This document shows positions 15,001-27,946 of a DNA stretch of 64,000 nucleotides, in pieces. The translations under genes and the position numbers were made by a program. The DNA is from Nemertoderma westbladi (taxonomy: Eukaryota; Animalia; Xenacoelomorpha). Each line of letters starts with the position of its first letter. Position 1 is the stretch's first letter. The notes below the pieces were generated by a model that had not been told where the DNA came from, ran no database searches, and worked only from the letters and a program-made list of their open reading frames with translations. Location: contig JAUCBJ010009074.1 in the NCBI GenBank assembly GCA_032718475.1, positions 13,479 to 77,478 of the forward strand, in the 5' to 3' direction.

Positions 15001-18000
15001 GGAAATGGATTAATTTTAATTGCGTCGGAACACCCCCTTTTTGAGGCTGTCAGAGTGAAGAGATGAGTAGCCTATCTCCCTGTTAATATTGTTGTGTTCT
15101 AGAATATTTATTATAGTTTCATCGTATTGCCAAAGCGGCTGGAGCCAAAGTTAATATGTAATGCAATAATTCACCTCAAATATCTCTGCTATTTCATGAA
15201 TATAATGAGTATTAAATCCTTGTCAAAATCCTTGGTGTTTTTCAGCAATAATTTATTAAAATCTCCTCTGATTTTTTACTAAAAACGACATCGATTATCA
15301 TATTCATGACTTCTAACCCAATCCAACAGATCGACAATCTTCAACGAATGTCTAAAGAACAGGTAACACTTACATTTATAGAAGTAATCAGCTATTCTTT
15401 GCTTCGTCTTTCCCCTGGAGATGGATGAATTTTGATTGCGTCGGAACACCCCGTTTTTGAGGCTCTAAGAATGAAGAGATAAGTAGCCTATTTCCCTGTT
15501 AATATTGTTGTGTTCTAGAATATTTATTATAGTTTCATCGTATTGCCAAAGAGACTGGAGCTGAAGTTAATATATAATGCAACAATTCACCTCAAGTATC
15601 TCAGCTATTTCATGAACATAATGAAGTATTAAAGCCATGTCAAAATCCTTGGTGTTTTTCAGCAATAATTAATCAAAATATCCTTTGATTTTTTTCAAAA
15701 ACCACATCGATTTTCATATTTATAACTTCTAACCCACTCCATGAGATAGCGAATCTTAAATGAAAGTCAAAAGAACAGGTAACACTTACATTTATAGAAG
15801 TAATCAGCTGTTCTTTGCTTCGTCTTTCCCCTGGAGATGGATGAAATTTGATTGCGTCGGAACACCCCGTTTTTGAGGATCTCAGAGTGAAGAGATAAGT
15901 AGCCTATCTCCCTGTTAATATTGTTGTGTTCTAGAATATTTATTATAGTTGCATCGTATTGCCAAAGCGGCTGGAGCCGAAGTTAATATGTAATACAATA
16001 ACTCACCTCAAATATCTCAGTTTTTTCATGAACATAATGAAGTATTAAAGCCATGTCAAAATCCTTGGTGTTTTTCTGCCATAATTTATCAAAATCTCCT
16101 CTGATTTTTTACAAAAAACGACATCGATTTTCATATTCATGACTTCTAACCCAGTCAACAAGATAAAGAATCTTAAACGAAGGTCAAAAATAGGGTAACA
16201 CTTACATTTATAGAAGTTATCAGCTATTAATTGCTTCGTCTTCCCCTGGAGATGTTTGAATTTTGATTGTGTCAAAACACCCTTCCCTATCTGTGGCTGT
16301 CTGAGTGGAGAGATAAATAGCCTATCTCCATGTTAATATTGTTGTGTTCTAGAATATTTATTATAGTTTCATCGTATTGCTAAAGTGGCTGGAGTTAAAG
16401 TTATTATGTAATGCAATAATTCACCTCAAATATCTCAGTTTTTTCATGAACATAATGAAGTATTAAAGCCATGTCAAAATCCTTGGGGTTTTTCAGCAAT
16501 AATTTATCAAAATATCCTCTGATTTTTTTCAAAAACCACATCGATTTTCATATTTATAACTTCTAATCCACTCCACGAGATAGAGAATCTTAAACAAAAG
16601 TCATAAGAACAGGTAACACTTTCCTTTATAGAAGCTGTTATTTGCTTCGTCTTTCCCCAGGAGATGGATGAACTTTGATTGCGTCGGAACACCCCCTTTT
16701 TGAGGCTCTCAGAGTGGAGAGATAAGTAGCCTATCTCCCTGTTAATATTGTTGTGTTCTGGAATATTTATTATAGTTTCATCGTATTGCCAAAGCGGCTG
16801 GAGCCGAAGTTAATATGTGATACAATAATTCACCTCAAATATCTCAGCTATTTCATGAACATAATGAAGTATTAAAGCCATGTCAAAATCCTTGGTGTTT
16901 TTCTGCAATAATTAATCAAAATATCCTCTGATTTTTTTCAAAAACCATATCGATTTTCATATTTATAACTTCTAACCCACTCCACGAGATAGATAATCTT
17001 AAATGAAAGTCATAAGAACAGGTAACACTTTCCTTTATAGAAGCTGTTATTTGCTTCGTCTTTCCCCAGGAGATGGATGAACTTTGATTGCGTCGGAACA
17101 CCCCCTTTTTGAGGCTCTCAGAGTGGAGAGATAAGTAGCCTATCTCCCTGTTAATATTGTTGCGTTCTAGAATATTTATTATAGTTTAATCGTATTACCA
17201 AAGCGGCTGGAGCCGAAGTTAATATGTAATACAATAACTCACCTCAAATATCTCAGTTTTTTCATGAACATAATGAAGTATTAAAGCCATGTCAAAATCC
17301 TTGGTGTTTTTCTGCAATAATTTATCAAAATCTCCTCCGATTTTTTACAAAAAACGACATCGATTTTCATATTCATGACTTCTATCCCAGTCCACAAGAT
17401 AAAGAATCTTAAACGAAAGTCAAGAAACAGGTAACACTTACATTTATAGAAGTTATCAGCTGTTATTTGCTTCATCTTCCCCTGGAGATGGTTGAATTTT
17501 GATTGAGTCAAAACACGCCTCCCTATCTGTGGCTGTCTGAGTGGAGAGATAAGTAGCCTATCTCCATGTTAATATTGTTGTGTTCTAGAATATTTATTAT
17601 AGTTTCATCGTATTGCTAAAGTGGCTGGAGTTAAAGTTATTATGTAATGCAATAATTCACCTCAAATATCTCAGTTTTTTCATGAACATAATGAAGTATT
17701 AAAGCCATGTCAAAATCCTTGGGGTTTTTCAGCAATAATTTATCAAAAGATCCTCAGATTTTTTACAAAAAACGACATCGATTTTCATATTCATATCTTC
17801 TAACCCACTCCACAAGATAAAGAATCTTAAATGAAAGTCAAAGGAGCAGGTAACACTTACATTTATAGAAGTAATCAGCTGTTCTTTGCTTCGTCTTTCC
17901 CCTGGAGATGGATGAATTTTGATTGCGTCGGAACACCCCGTTTTTGAGGCTCTCAGATTGAAGAGATAAGTAGCCTATCTCCCTGTTAATATTGTTGTGT

Positions 18001-20162
18001 TCTAGAATATTATTAAAGTTTCATCATATTGCCAAAGCGGCTGGAGCCAAAGTTAATATGTAATACAATAATTCACCTCAAATATCTCAGCTATTTCATG
18101 AACATAATGAAGTATTAAAGCCATGTCAAAATCCTTGGTGTTTTTCAGCAATAATTAATCAAAATATCCTTTGATTTTTTTCAAAAACCACATCGATTTT
18201 TATATTTATAACTTCTAACTCACTCTTTGAGATAGCGAATCTTAAATGAAAGTCAAAAGAACAGGTAACACTTACATTTATAGAAGTAATCAGCTGTTCT
18301 TTGCTTCGTCTTTCCCCTGGAAATGGATTAATTTTAATTGCGTCGGAACACCCCCTTTTTGAGGCTGTCAGAGTGAAGAGATAAGTAGCCTATCTCCCTG
18401 TTAATATTGTTGTGTTCTAGAATATTTATTATAGTTTCATCGTATTGCCAAAGCGGCTGGAGCCAAAGTTAATATGTAATGCAATAATTCACCTCAAATA
18501 TCTCTGCTATTTCATGAATATAATGAGTATTAAATCCTTGTCAAAATCCTTGGTGTTTTTCAGCAATAATTTATTAAAATCTCCTCTGATTTTTTACTAA
18601 AAACGACATCGATTATCATATTCATGACTTCTAACCCAATCCAAGAGATCGACAATCTTCAACGAATGTCTAAAGAACAGGTAACACTTACATTATAGAA
18701 GTAATCAGCTATTCTTTGCTTCGTCTTTCCCCTGGAGATGGATGAATTTTGATTGCGTCGGAACACCCCGTTTTTGAGGCTCTAAGAATGAAGAGATAAG
18801 TAGCCTATTTCCATGTTAATATTGTTGTGTTCTAGAATATTTATTATAGTTTCATCGTATTGCCAAAGCGGCTGGAGCCAAAGTTAATATGTAATACAAT
18901 AATTCACCTCAAATTTCTCAGCTATTTCATGAATATAATGAGTATTAAAGCCATGTCAAAATTCTTGGGGGTTTTCAGCAATAATTTATCAAAATATCCT
19001 CTGATTTTTTTCAAAAACCACATCGATTTTCATATTTATAACTTCTAACCCACTCCACGAGATAGAGAATCTTAAATGAAAGTCAAAAGAGCAGGTAACA
19101 CTTACATTTATAGAAGTAATCAGCTGGTCTTTGCTTCGTCTTTCCCCTGGAGATGGATGAATTTTGATTGCGTCGGAACACCCCCTTTTTGAGGCTCTCA
19201 GAGTGAAGAGATAAGTATCCTATCTCCCTGTTAATATTGTTGTGTTCTAGAATATTTATTATAGATTCATCGTATTGCCAAAGAGACTGGAGCTGAAGTT
19301 AATATATAATGCAACAATTCACCTCAAGTATCTCACCTATTTCATGAACATAATGAAGTATTAAAGCCATGTCATAATCCTTGGTGTTTTTCAGCAATAA
19401 TTAATCAAAATATCCTTTGATTTTTTTCAAAAACCACATCGATTTTCATATTTATAACTTCTAACCCACTCCATGAGATAGCGAATCTTAAATGAAAGTC
19501 AAAAGAACAGGTAACACTTACATTTATAGAAGTAATCAGCTGTTCTTTGCTTCGTCTTTCCCCTGGAGATGGATGAAATTTGATTGCGTCGGAACACCCC
19601 GTTTTTGAGGATCTCAGAGTGAAGAGATAAGTAGCCTATCTCCCTGTTAATATTGTTGTGTTCTAGAATATTTATTATAGTTGCATCGTATTGCCAAAGC
19701 GGCTGGAGCCGAAGTTAATATGTAATACAATAACTCACCTCAAATATCTCAGTTTTTTCATGAACATAATGAAGTATTAAAGCCATGTCAAAATCCTTGG
19801 TGTTTTTCTGCCATAATTTATCAAAATCTCCTCTGATTTTTTACAAAAAACGACATCGATTTTCATATTCATGACTTCTAACCCAGTCAACAAGATAAAG
19901 AATCTTAAACGAAGGTCAAAAAAAGGGTAACACTTACATTTATAGAAGTTATCAGCTATTAATTGCTTCGTCTTCCCCTGGAGATGTTTGAATTTTGATT
20001 GTGTCAAAACACCCTTCCCTATCTGTGGCTGTCTGAGTGGAGAGATAAATAGCCTATCTCCATGTTAATATTGTTGTGTTCTAGAATATTTATTATAGTT
20101 TCATCGTATTGCTAAAGTGGCTGGAGTTAAAGTTATTATGTAATGCAATAATTCACCTCAAA
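1..20162. repeat. Tandem satellite array, ~415-bp AT-rich monomer (shorter deletion variants), with higher-order repeats
   Basis: The motif 'gaggctctcagagtggagagataagtagcctatctccctgttaatattgttgtgttctagaat' recurs every ~380-417 bp across the whole interval. Variant blocks recur at offsets of 4939, 2124 and 3732 bp (ORF-track pairs 896/5835, 5835/7959, 16045/19777). Confidence 0.98.
8114..8213. other. Assembly gap (100 N)
   Basis: Run of exactly 100 n. Confidence 1.
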
Positions 20163-20920
20163 TAGTCAAGTAGACAGTACCGACCACCGTTCAAATTGGG
20201 TATGACTGCAGTTTTTTTTGCTGAAAGTGTTAACTTGTATAAACCATTTGAAATTATGTTATATTTCACATAGTCCGCATTGAGCAATTTTTTCTAGAAC
20301 CCTATTTATCTTAACGACAGATGTTTTACATAGCAACAATAATGAATTAACACGCAGGGGTATATTTATCTATTTAGACACTGGTCAATCATAAATAAGG
20401 AGAAACCAAGCTCGAGAAAATAATTTTCAGTGGACCGTGAAATGAAAGGTTAAAGACTGTCGATGAAACAACTTCTGCATTTGCAGTAATTAATTTTAGT
20501 TGAATGTTTGATGATAAATTTATTTACACGTTATCACAGTCCTTGTTCGCACACTTACAATAAAAATTGAAAGCCCAATTTACAAATTGCTCCCACATCC
20601 AACCAAAGTTTGTAGGCTATAGTGGCGGCTGCCGGCTGCATATTATCTACAGTCGCTCTCCAGAATAATACTTGCGAGCCCGCTCTTCTTATATTCATTC
20701 TTGACTGCTGCAGTTTCCTTTAATTCTAAATTTTACATCTGAAATAAATAATACTTTCATTATATTTTGTGCAAGATATTCGCAATGCTAGGTCAGCTTT
20801 GCAGGAATTAAAAGTTCTAGGAATTCGAATAATATATCAATATCTGCATTATACAATAGTAAAAAAAGCCAATCGAACAGTCGGACTGAAGGCATCTCTT
20901 CGAAGATAGGGAGGGCCTTT

Positions 20921-21020
20921 TGTCGCAATCAAAATTCATCCCTCTCCAGGGAAAAATCGACGCAAATAACAGCCTACTCCCAAAAATAAAACTGTAACCT
21001 GTTCTGTTGACTTTCGTTTA
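20921..21020 (-). repeat. Diverged inverted fragment of the satellite monomer
   Basis: 'cgcaatcaaaattcatccctctccagggaaaaatcgacgcaaataacagc...acctgttctgttgactttcgttta' is the reverse complement of the monomer segment 'aaacgaaagtcaaaagaacaggt...gctgttatttgcttcgtctttcccctggagatggatgaattttgattgcg'. Confidence 0.85.
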
Positions 21021-21194
21021 TCATTTTGGTTAGAATAACGTGCCACTGTAACATGCTTCTGTCTCCCTCTTCAGTAGCTGCTACCCGCGGACCCGAAGGT
21101 ATGACTGGTGCTACTCGTATCCCAAGGTTTGTTCCCAGTAATTCAACAGGTACTCATTTTATCGACCCCAGTGAATGAAAGAAGGTCGAGCAGA

Positions 21195-21620
21195 ATGAGA
21201 ACCAACCTGTTGAAACTTAGAAAGTCACTAAAGATTGCTACAATGAACGCACGCACTCTAAAACTGCTTAGCAAACATTATTGCAGCTCTGGCAATGGAA
21301 TATTACATCGACATCATTTGTATTCAAGAATATCAGATTAGTCATGAGACATTGCCATCAAGTATAATGAATGACATTTGAAATGGACGTTTATAACGTC
21401 CATCCACTTCCAGTCTGCAAATTCAGCAGAAAGCAATTCGGTCAAAGTTTCAATTGGTTGAGTATGAATTCTCCTAAGTCCATTTACACTTCTGACACTA
21501 AACCCCATCGAATATAAAAATTCCAGGATCATAAACTAATATAATTACAACATTTTTGGTGGGAATCACAAGACAACAGCAATGTGTTGCTACAATCCAA
21601 CCAATAATGCATCAGAGACA
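21195..21620 (+). pseudogene. RTE-type LINE 5' fragment (APE endonuclease N-terminus), frameshifted
   Basis: Motifs KIATMNARTL, IDIICIQE and TTAMCCYNPTN lie in shifting frames. These are typical of RTE-clade APE endonucleases. Confidence 0.7.
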
Positions 21621-22372
21621 GAACAAACAGTCAAGGACTAGAAGATTTGAAAGGGCTTATAAAGTTATTGATACCTACAAACACCACATTCGAAAAGAGT
21701 AAGGATGGACATTTAACTGCGAGGCATACAGTAGTCAGCTCGTTCAACCTAATTTGTTCGGACCGGACCAGACTGCAGAGCTCAGACTCAGTTTGAGAGC
21801 CAGTAAACTCAGGACAAGAAACTCAGGAGAAGATGTTAAGATACTCCTACTCCAAAGTAAAAACTGAACAACCAGCAGCCGAAAACATCAACAAGGTTGA
21901 GAAAGCTAAACAACTAGGCACCTGCCGAACTCCAAAGAAGTATTAAAAGCATGTCCAATTATAAAGGACAAATGATCAAGGACATCAAGGACAAAATCAA
22001 ATGATTCTATATAGGATTAGGCCTCACATAGATAATGTTACTCTTTTATGTTGCGTTTTATTCACATTTTTTTTTAAATAGGCCTATGTTATAAACAAAT
22101 AAAGTTGAAAAAATATTTCTATCATAACAAAAAAAATCTGCCATATTTTAAAATAAATAAATAAAATCTGAAATATTAAAAAAAAAAATACAATATTGTA
22201 TAAATGTTGGGTAACGGCAATATGTTCCAGAACATTAATATATATCAAAACTTAAAAATAGCTACATAAAAAGTATTATAAAATGATCAATAATGCTTGA
22301 TAGGGCCGTGGTGATGGAGACGTTTTAAATTTATTTTCCAACAACAATTGTAAAGCGAAAATACAAATCTTT

Positions 22373-22621
22373 TTAAATATAAGTATTATACAATATTCTA
22401 TATATTAAATGGTGGTGTAAATTAAGTATATTACCTTTAAAATTGACGTAACAACTTCGATAGAATCGGGTTCCCAAAATAGTTAGGTCTTCAAGCTCAC
22501 CATCTCCAAAATCCAACGGAATCTTCAAATTTTCAGCTAATTCTTCGTATCGTGTCTTGTTTCGCAAATGGCAAAAGTCCTTTCTCGTATTGCTATCGAT
22601 GCATTTTTCTAGCTTTTCCAT
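22373..22621 (-). pseudogene. Remnant N-terminal part of a DNA-transposon protein
   Basis: RFYRSCYVNF resembles the YHRxCYxxF motif of large transposon-derived proteins, and it lies inside the TIR pair 20163-23121. Confidence 0.4.
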
Positions 22622-22769
22622 CTATTGGATTTTTTGGATCTATCGCCTTACATAAGGCGGTAGATCCAGATAAGGCAATCATTCTCAAAACTAAATGTCA
22701 CTATTACTCACAATATTTTTTAATTATTTTAGTCAAAGCACTCGTCGCCTCCAACTCTCTTTAAGGTTA

Positions 22770-22868
22770 TTTTCATTGCCTAAATGTAACTTATTACTGC
22801 AGTGTTTTGAATCATAATAAATTTTCATTGCCTAAATGTAACTTATTACTGCAATGTTTTGAATCATA
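22770..22868. repeat. Two-copy ~53-bp direct repeat
   Basis: 'ttttcattgcctaaatgtaacttattactgca(g/a)tgttttgaatcataa' occurs twice in tandem. Confidence 0.85.
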
Positions 22869-24539
22869 AAAACATAATATTCTAGAATGTTTAATGTTGT
22901 TGCTAACACATTCTCTACATAGATTAACATTTTTTTGGTAATTTTGTTATGATTTTATCCTCCAAACAAACGGCAATAAAAAAAATTGCTCAACCTTTCC
23001 CAAAGTCTTTATAGCGAAAATGTATTGTTATAATGTGGAACAACATCATGAGCAAATAAAATTGCAGTCATACGCTGGAGAACGGTTCGTCAGTAAAATG
23101 TACCAAGCGTCTACTCGACTATAATGAGATATAATTAAGTCACTAGCGTTGCCTCGATTATTCTCTTTCTGATTACCCATGGTGGACTCATTACGTACAT
23201 CTTACATCCTTTAATTACTATAGTAGGCCTATAGTTAAGTAGTTGATGAGTGACACCCATCCTACAGTCGTATACAACTTCCACCTTGTGACTACTGGAA
23301 TACTGTACCGGTATTGCAGTATTGATTTTCACCAATTATATAAGTTAAGTTAGTTTAATATTCGAAAATTTCACGGATAAATCACAACTGAACTCATTAT
23401 AAAGCAACTGACAGTTTATGATACAGAATATACCGGTACAGCTCAACATTATTGCACAGTTTAGGCTAAATAAACGTAATTCTGTAGTCCTACCGGTCCG
23501 GCTCGGTATACAGAAAGAATAGCCCATGTTGGAACCGAAACATCTTCCCCTGAATTCAAGATCCGGAATTAAATTCAGAAACCCAGCTACATCACTGCGG
23601 GAATAAACAACACAATTTAGACTGAAATGGTACAAAAAGCCAAATACAGTAATACTATTACAGGAAATTAGGCCTACAGTAGAGTATGTACTCACTATAT
23701 TTAGGAAAATCTCCACTGGATGTTTGCGCCGTGGCTATAAATCGTACATAGGCCTACTGTATGTTATATAACGCTGCCATTTATACATTATCAGCACTTA
23801 TTTCATTAGGCCTACAGCTCGGGTGGTTTGCTCACTTGCTGAAGGTTTACGAACATTAACTTCTTATATAAGATAACATAACATACACTATACACATGTC
23901 CTGGAATATACAGTCGTAATTCAGTCACATGTCCCACCCCCACCACCCACCCCCAATTTTTTTACAAATCTTAATGAGATTTCATGGAATTTGAAACATA
24001 GATAATTTCACCTCCCTCCTCTGTTATACCACATATAACGTGTACTGATATAATGATAACGTGTACTAACGATGCATTAACTGAACAAGAACTAGGCTAC
24101 TCGTTATGATAACAAATTAAACTATAACAGTACTATAGAACGTAGGCCAACCGGTAAATCTCCCCCACAACCCCTCACTAACCTGCTCTCGCCTACCGGT
24201 ACAATCCCTTTAGTATGCTCGTTATATCCCCACCTACAGTAGCGCACACGTTTCACATTTTTTCCATTTCTGAACAACTTATTACAATCTTGTTCATTAA
24301 ATTTGCATTAACAGCTCAAATACAATTCATTTATTTAATGGATGATACACACAGGGTAGTATGTTATGTAGTAGAAATTGCATATATTGTGACATAACAA
24401 AGGTAACTGGTAGCTGAGTCGGTGCTAATCGATAACTTTCACTCATTGCATCCATGCACATTGGAATCGTGTACTTGGCCCACCTTGTTTGATTTTCCTC
24501 GCAGTCGAATTGTCGAGCTCGAGAGTGTATTTGATAGAC

Positions 24540-25010
24540 TCGATGATGAAAATAAAACTATTGCTCGATGCATGGCTAAGTTCGTGGGAGAAGATGGTGT
24601 AGACACTGGGGGAATTAGCGGGAACTCTTCAGTTTATTTTTTATGGAACAGACTGGAGAACTTTTTCGTGGTTCTTACCCGAATTATACATTTCAGCATA
24701 ACATTGGAGCTCTCGAACGGTTTGAACATTTAGGTACGATGACGGCCTTGGCACTGATAAATGGTTTCCCAGGACCCCATTTCCTTACTAAATCCGATGG
24801 ATTTACCATGGATCATGGATTTACCGCATATCGTGGGATGACATAAATGGTAAGATTAAGTATATTATTTCAGCGGAGGTTGAGATCTTATTTTTAAAAA
24901 ATACTGATTAACATTGTCGAGCGTTTCGACATGGGTGTTACATCTGCCTCATTAAATTTCTCCGAAAAAGAACATGTAGTCCAACTACTGTGGAGACATC
25001 TAAAGTAAGT
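24540..25010 (+). pseudogene. HECT E3 ligase domain fragment (G2E3-like), frameshifted
   Basis: KFVGEDGVDTGG, then after a frameshift ELFSLFFMEQTGELFRG...FEHLGTMTALALINGFPGPHFL. This matches the HECT N-lobe pattern FxGExGxDxGG...G.++ALxxxxG.P.FL. Confidence 0.75.
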
Positions 25011-26539
25011 TGGAGTAGTTGGAAAAATAATGGGCGATTTTAAATCAAAACTAAAACCGTACTGTATTTATTCAAATTATAAGTTCCGGTAGGACTACTG
25101 TTATACATAGTTGTGTAGTAGTACAGTAGTAGTTGTAACAGCGTTTGGTTTGATTGTTAAGAAAGAAACTCTTTTATTTTTGTTATATGGAAGCTGGTTT
25201 GATTGTTATATACAGTAGTACAGGCCACCAGAAAAAGCTGATTTCATCAAATGTGATCACAAGTGAACACATTTGATCAAGTAACCTGAATGGCAGGTCA
25301 GGTCACTACACTAATTCAATGGCGAGTTATCTTCTAGAGCCCACAGCAGGAGGCTGACTTGCTGGGACTGACAAAAGCTTTGTGTGTGGTGCGCCTGTAT
25401 GTCTGATATCAGGTAGATGAGAGAGTCCCCAAGGCGTAACATTACAGATATCGCGGCACCCACCGATATACTTGAAAGACAAATTCTAGAATCAGTGGTT
25501 AACGTCCCCAGACAAGTTCTGGAATAAATCGGTGCCCATCTCAAATATTAATTATTTAATATTTGCAAATCTAATAAATCAAAATCTGTAAAATTCAGAT
25601 CCTTCAACAATTCTAGTCAATTAAGATATCGTAGCATTTACCGATATTCTTAAAAAGACAATTTTCATAGAATTAAGGATCTTGTGTCCCCAGACATGTT
25701 CTAGAATCAAAATATGTCAATTTAATTATCAAATAATAAAATTTCAGGGAATAAATTTAAATTCATGCCTTTTAATGAATTTAATAAATTGCCATTTTTA
25801 CGCAATTTATAACATTCCCAAAATTCCATTAATTAATAGATCAAGGGAGCGGAGATTTAACTTATTATGCGTATGAGTGTGCGAAAGTCTCCCAAACATA
25901 GTCAATAGCCGATAAAATTCATAAAGTCATGTATAAAACAGGACATTGACCATTAAAGAATTACTATTAAATAACATCCCAGAGCTGTATGCATTGGAAT
26001 TACCCTAATTCTACCGCTAGCTTTGCATAATGTCACCATAGCAACAACCACGCTAGAATTAGAATTGAGTTAAAAGAACAATAGACAGCTTGTCCCATTG
26101 AATAGCATAGGGAATAAATAGCGCACTGCTAGTATCCAAGGATACATGATAATAACGTGACATTCTGGAAGGCATTGACTAACGGACAAGTGACCCGAGT
26201 GTGTGTAATTTGTGACAAGTTGTGTGTGTGGTATTTGTGAGTTTATAGGCGAATGTTACTACTAAGGTGTGTTTACAGTAGCGAGTCGCAATTGTGAAAG
26301 TAACCCTAACTCTCCAGTAAGAACCTGAGGTGTATCTAAGCCTTTGGGACGGACAGTCGAGTGACTTGTGCCGGTTGTCGTTGTCGTTGTGCGGCTACGT
26401 CGTTGGCGAAAGTACAGCGGCGACGACACATCGGTGCTGAGGATCTCGCACTGTCCGGGGGCTGATTGGGGTAGGCAGCGACGCTCGCTAGCCTAAATAT
26501 AAACTCATTATAATATGGATAAACTCATATATAGCAGAT

Positions 26540-27868
26540 ATGACGGAGTTGATAGAAGATGGTCTTGGTATCGGGGAGCGATATACTCTACTTTCAAACG
26601 TTTGTTGATAGCTTGATACGCGGTGATACTAGTCCAACTACTACGAAGGATGATGGTCGTTATATCGAACCTACGATTTCCTGGAAGTAACTTACGCGTG
26701 AATTGGACTATGGAAAATTCACCGCTCGCTACACGCATTGTAATGGTATGTATATGGACTTCTTAACCATTGGCCATTCTATCGATTTACACGATACGGA
26801 CTATGTCGAACATATCCTACCCAGAGGTGTCGAAACGATAAACCAAAATTCTAATGCGAAAATCCTATTCGAAATCGACTCGAAAGAAAAGACATTAAAG
26901 AAACAAATAAAAGCGGTAACTCCAACATATATTTGGAATTCTTGATAGAAGCATTGTAACAACAAATAAATATCACCCGCGTTTCTCCTTCAAGACGTGC
27001 GTCTTTGGTATTATTACGATAAATGCCCTAGACCCAGCCAATAAACGGAAAGACATAAACATCCACGGAAACGTTGTGTTAAACACAGTTGTGTTCGTTA
27101 TATTTACTGGAGTTTCGAGCGAAACTTGTTTGACGTATCACCTATGCTCACTCGGCTCGAACGATCCTGGAGTAAACCTACGATCAGAGTCCCGGAATAC
27201 TCGGTCAAACCTCCTCATTCCTTAGTTGGACCTCAGACCTGCGATCCTGGTGGTGTCGCGGATCCTCGCGGACTGTATTCACTGTTCAAAGATCTAGTGC
27301 TACCCTAACAATTAATCGGTAACACTCCGACAGTGATTTCTAGCTAGCTGCCCATCTTACCTAGCCGGATTGTGACGCGGACACCTAATATCACTATCCA
27401 ACTGTATGGTCGTCCCCGTTTAACGCGATACAACCCTTCATCAAGGTGAAGGAGAGCGTTGTACGAAACGAGTTAAACGCTATTCTATAAAGATCAAAAA
27501 AGAAACCTGCGTTTGTTCAGATAAACGTAAGTTATAACAGTAAGTCCAATCGATAAACGAATTGGCCTTATCTCAGTTCGATTGGGAAATCTCGAATCTC
27601 TAAGAAGATATCAAGCTTAGAAAACCCTATTCTCTGCGAGAGTTTTGGACGAACGTATCCCATGACAAGCGGAGGAAAATCAGCTCGAGGAGAAGCATAT
27701 CGAAATGGATGAGACACCGACCGTAAACCCAAACCTTCTAATGCAATTGTATTGCACCCTTTACCCAGGAGTTATAGCCTTTCTAGTAAAGTGGCTCGCC
27801 CCAAAGAGAAAAGGACTCTTGCTGGCCTCGGGAAACTGCGTGAACGCCGTCCGCGCAAGAAAAACTAA
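26540..27868 (+). pseudogene. Decayed copy of the BEL accessory ORF (N-terminal ~450 codons joined to the extreme C-terminus)
   Basis: Same start context (gcagatATGac). Peptides YMDFLTIGHSIDLHDTD and IRVPEYSVKPPHS match the 59225 ORF. Many stops and frameshifts. Confidence 0.88.
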
Positions 27869-27946
27869 CTGTTTAGAGTATCTTTATGTTTTAGAAACTG
27901 TGATTTTTATATTTTATAGACTGAAAATCCCATTTTCTGGGAGCGG

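Larger units (their letters stand above)
20163..23121. mobile_element. Degenerate DNA transposon with TAG...CTA termini (Academ-like)
   Basis: Left end TAGTCAAGTAGAC (20163) and right end GTCTACTCGACTA (23109-23121) form an inverted repeat with 1 mismatch. Subterminal inverted matches: gtatgactgcagtttt / aaaattgcagtcatac and ttgagcaattttt / aaaaattgctcaa. No TSD match found. The superfamily is inferred from the TAG termini. Confidence 0.6.

Noticed and set aside
896-20007. Many repeated 60-94-aa ORFs
   Set aside because: They are chance frames in satellite monomers, present or absent depending on 1-bp indels, with no domain motifs.
1-20162. CRISPR-like array
   Set aside because: Whole ~415-bp units repeat with no unique spacers, there are no cas genes, and the context is eukaryotic.
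23130-24400. Possible inverted leader of another LTR element (taccggta/taggccta-rich)
   Set aside because: Only compositional similarity; no alignable homology or boundaries.
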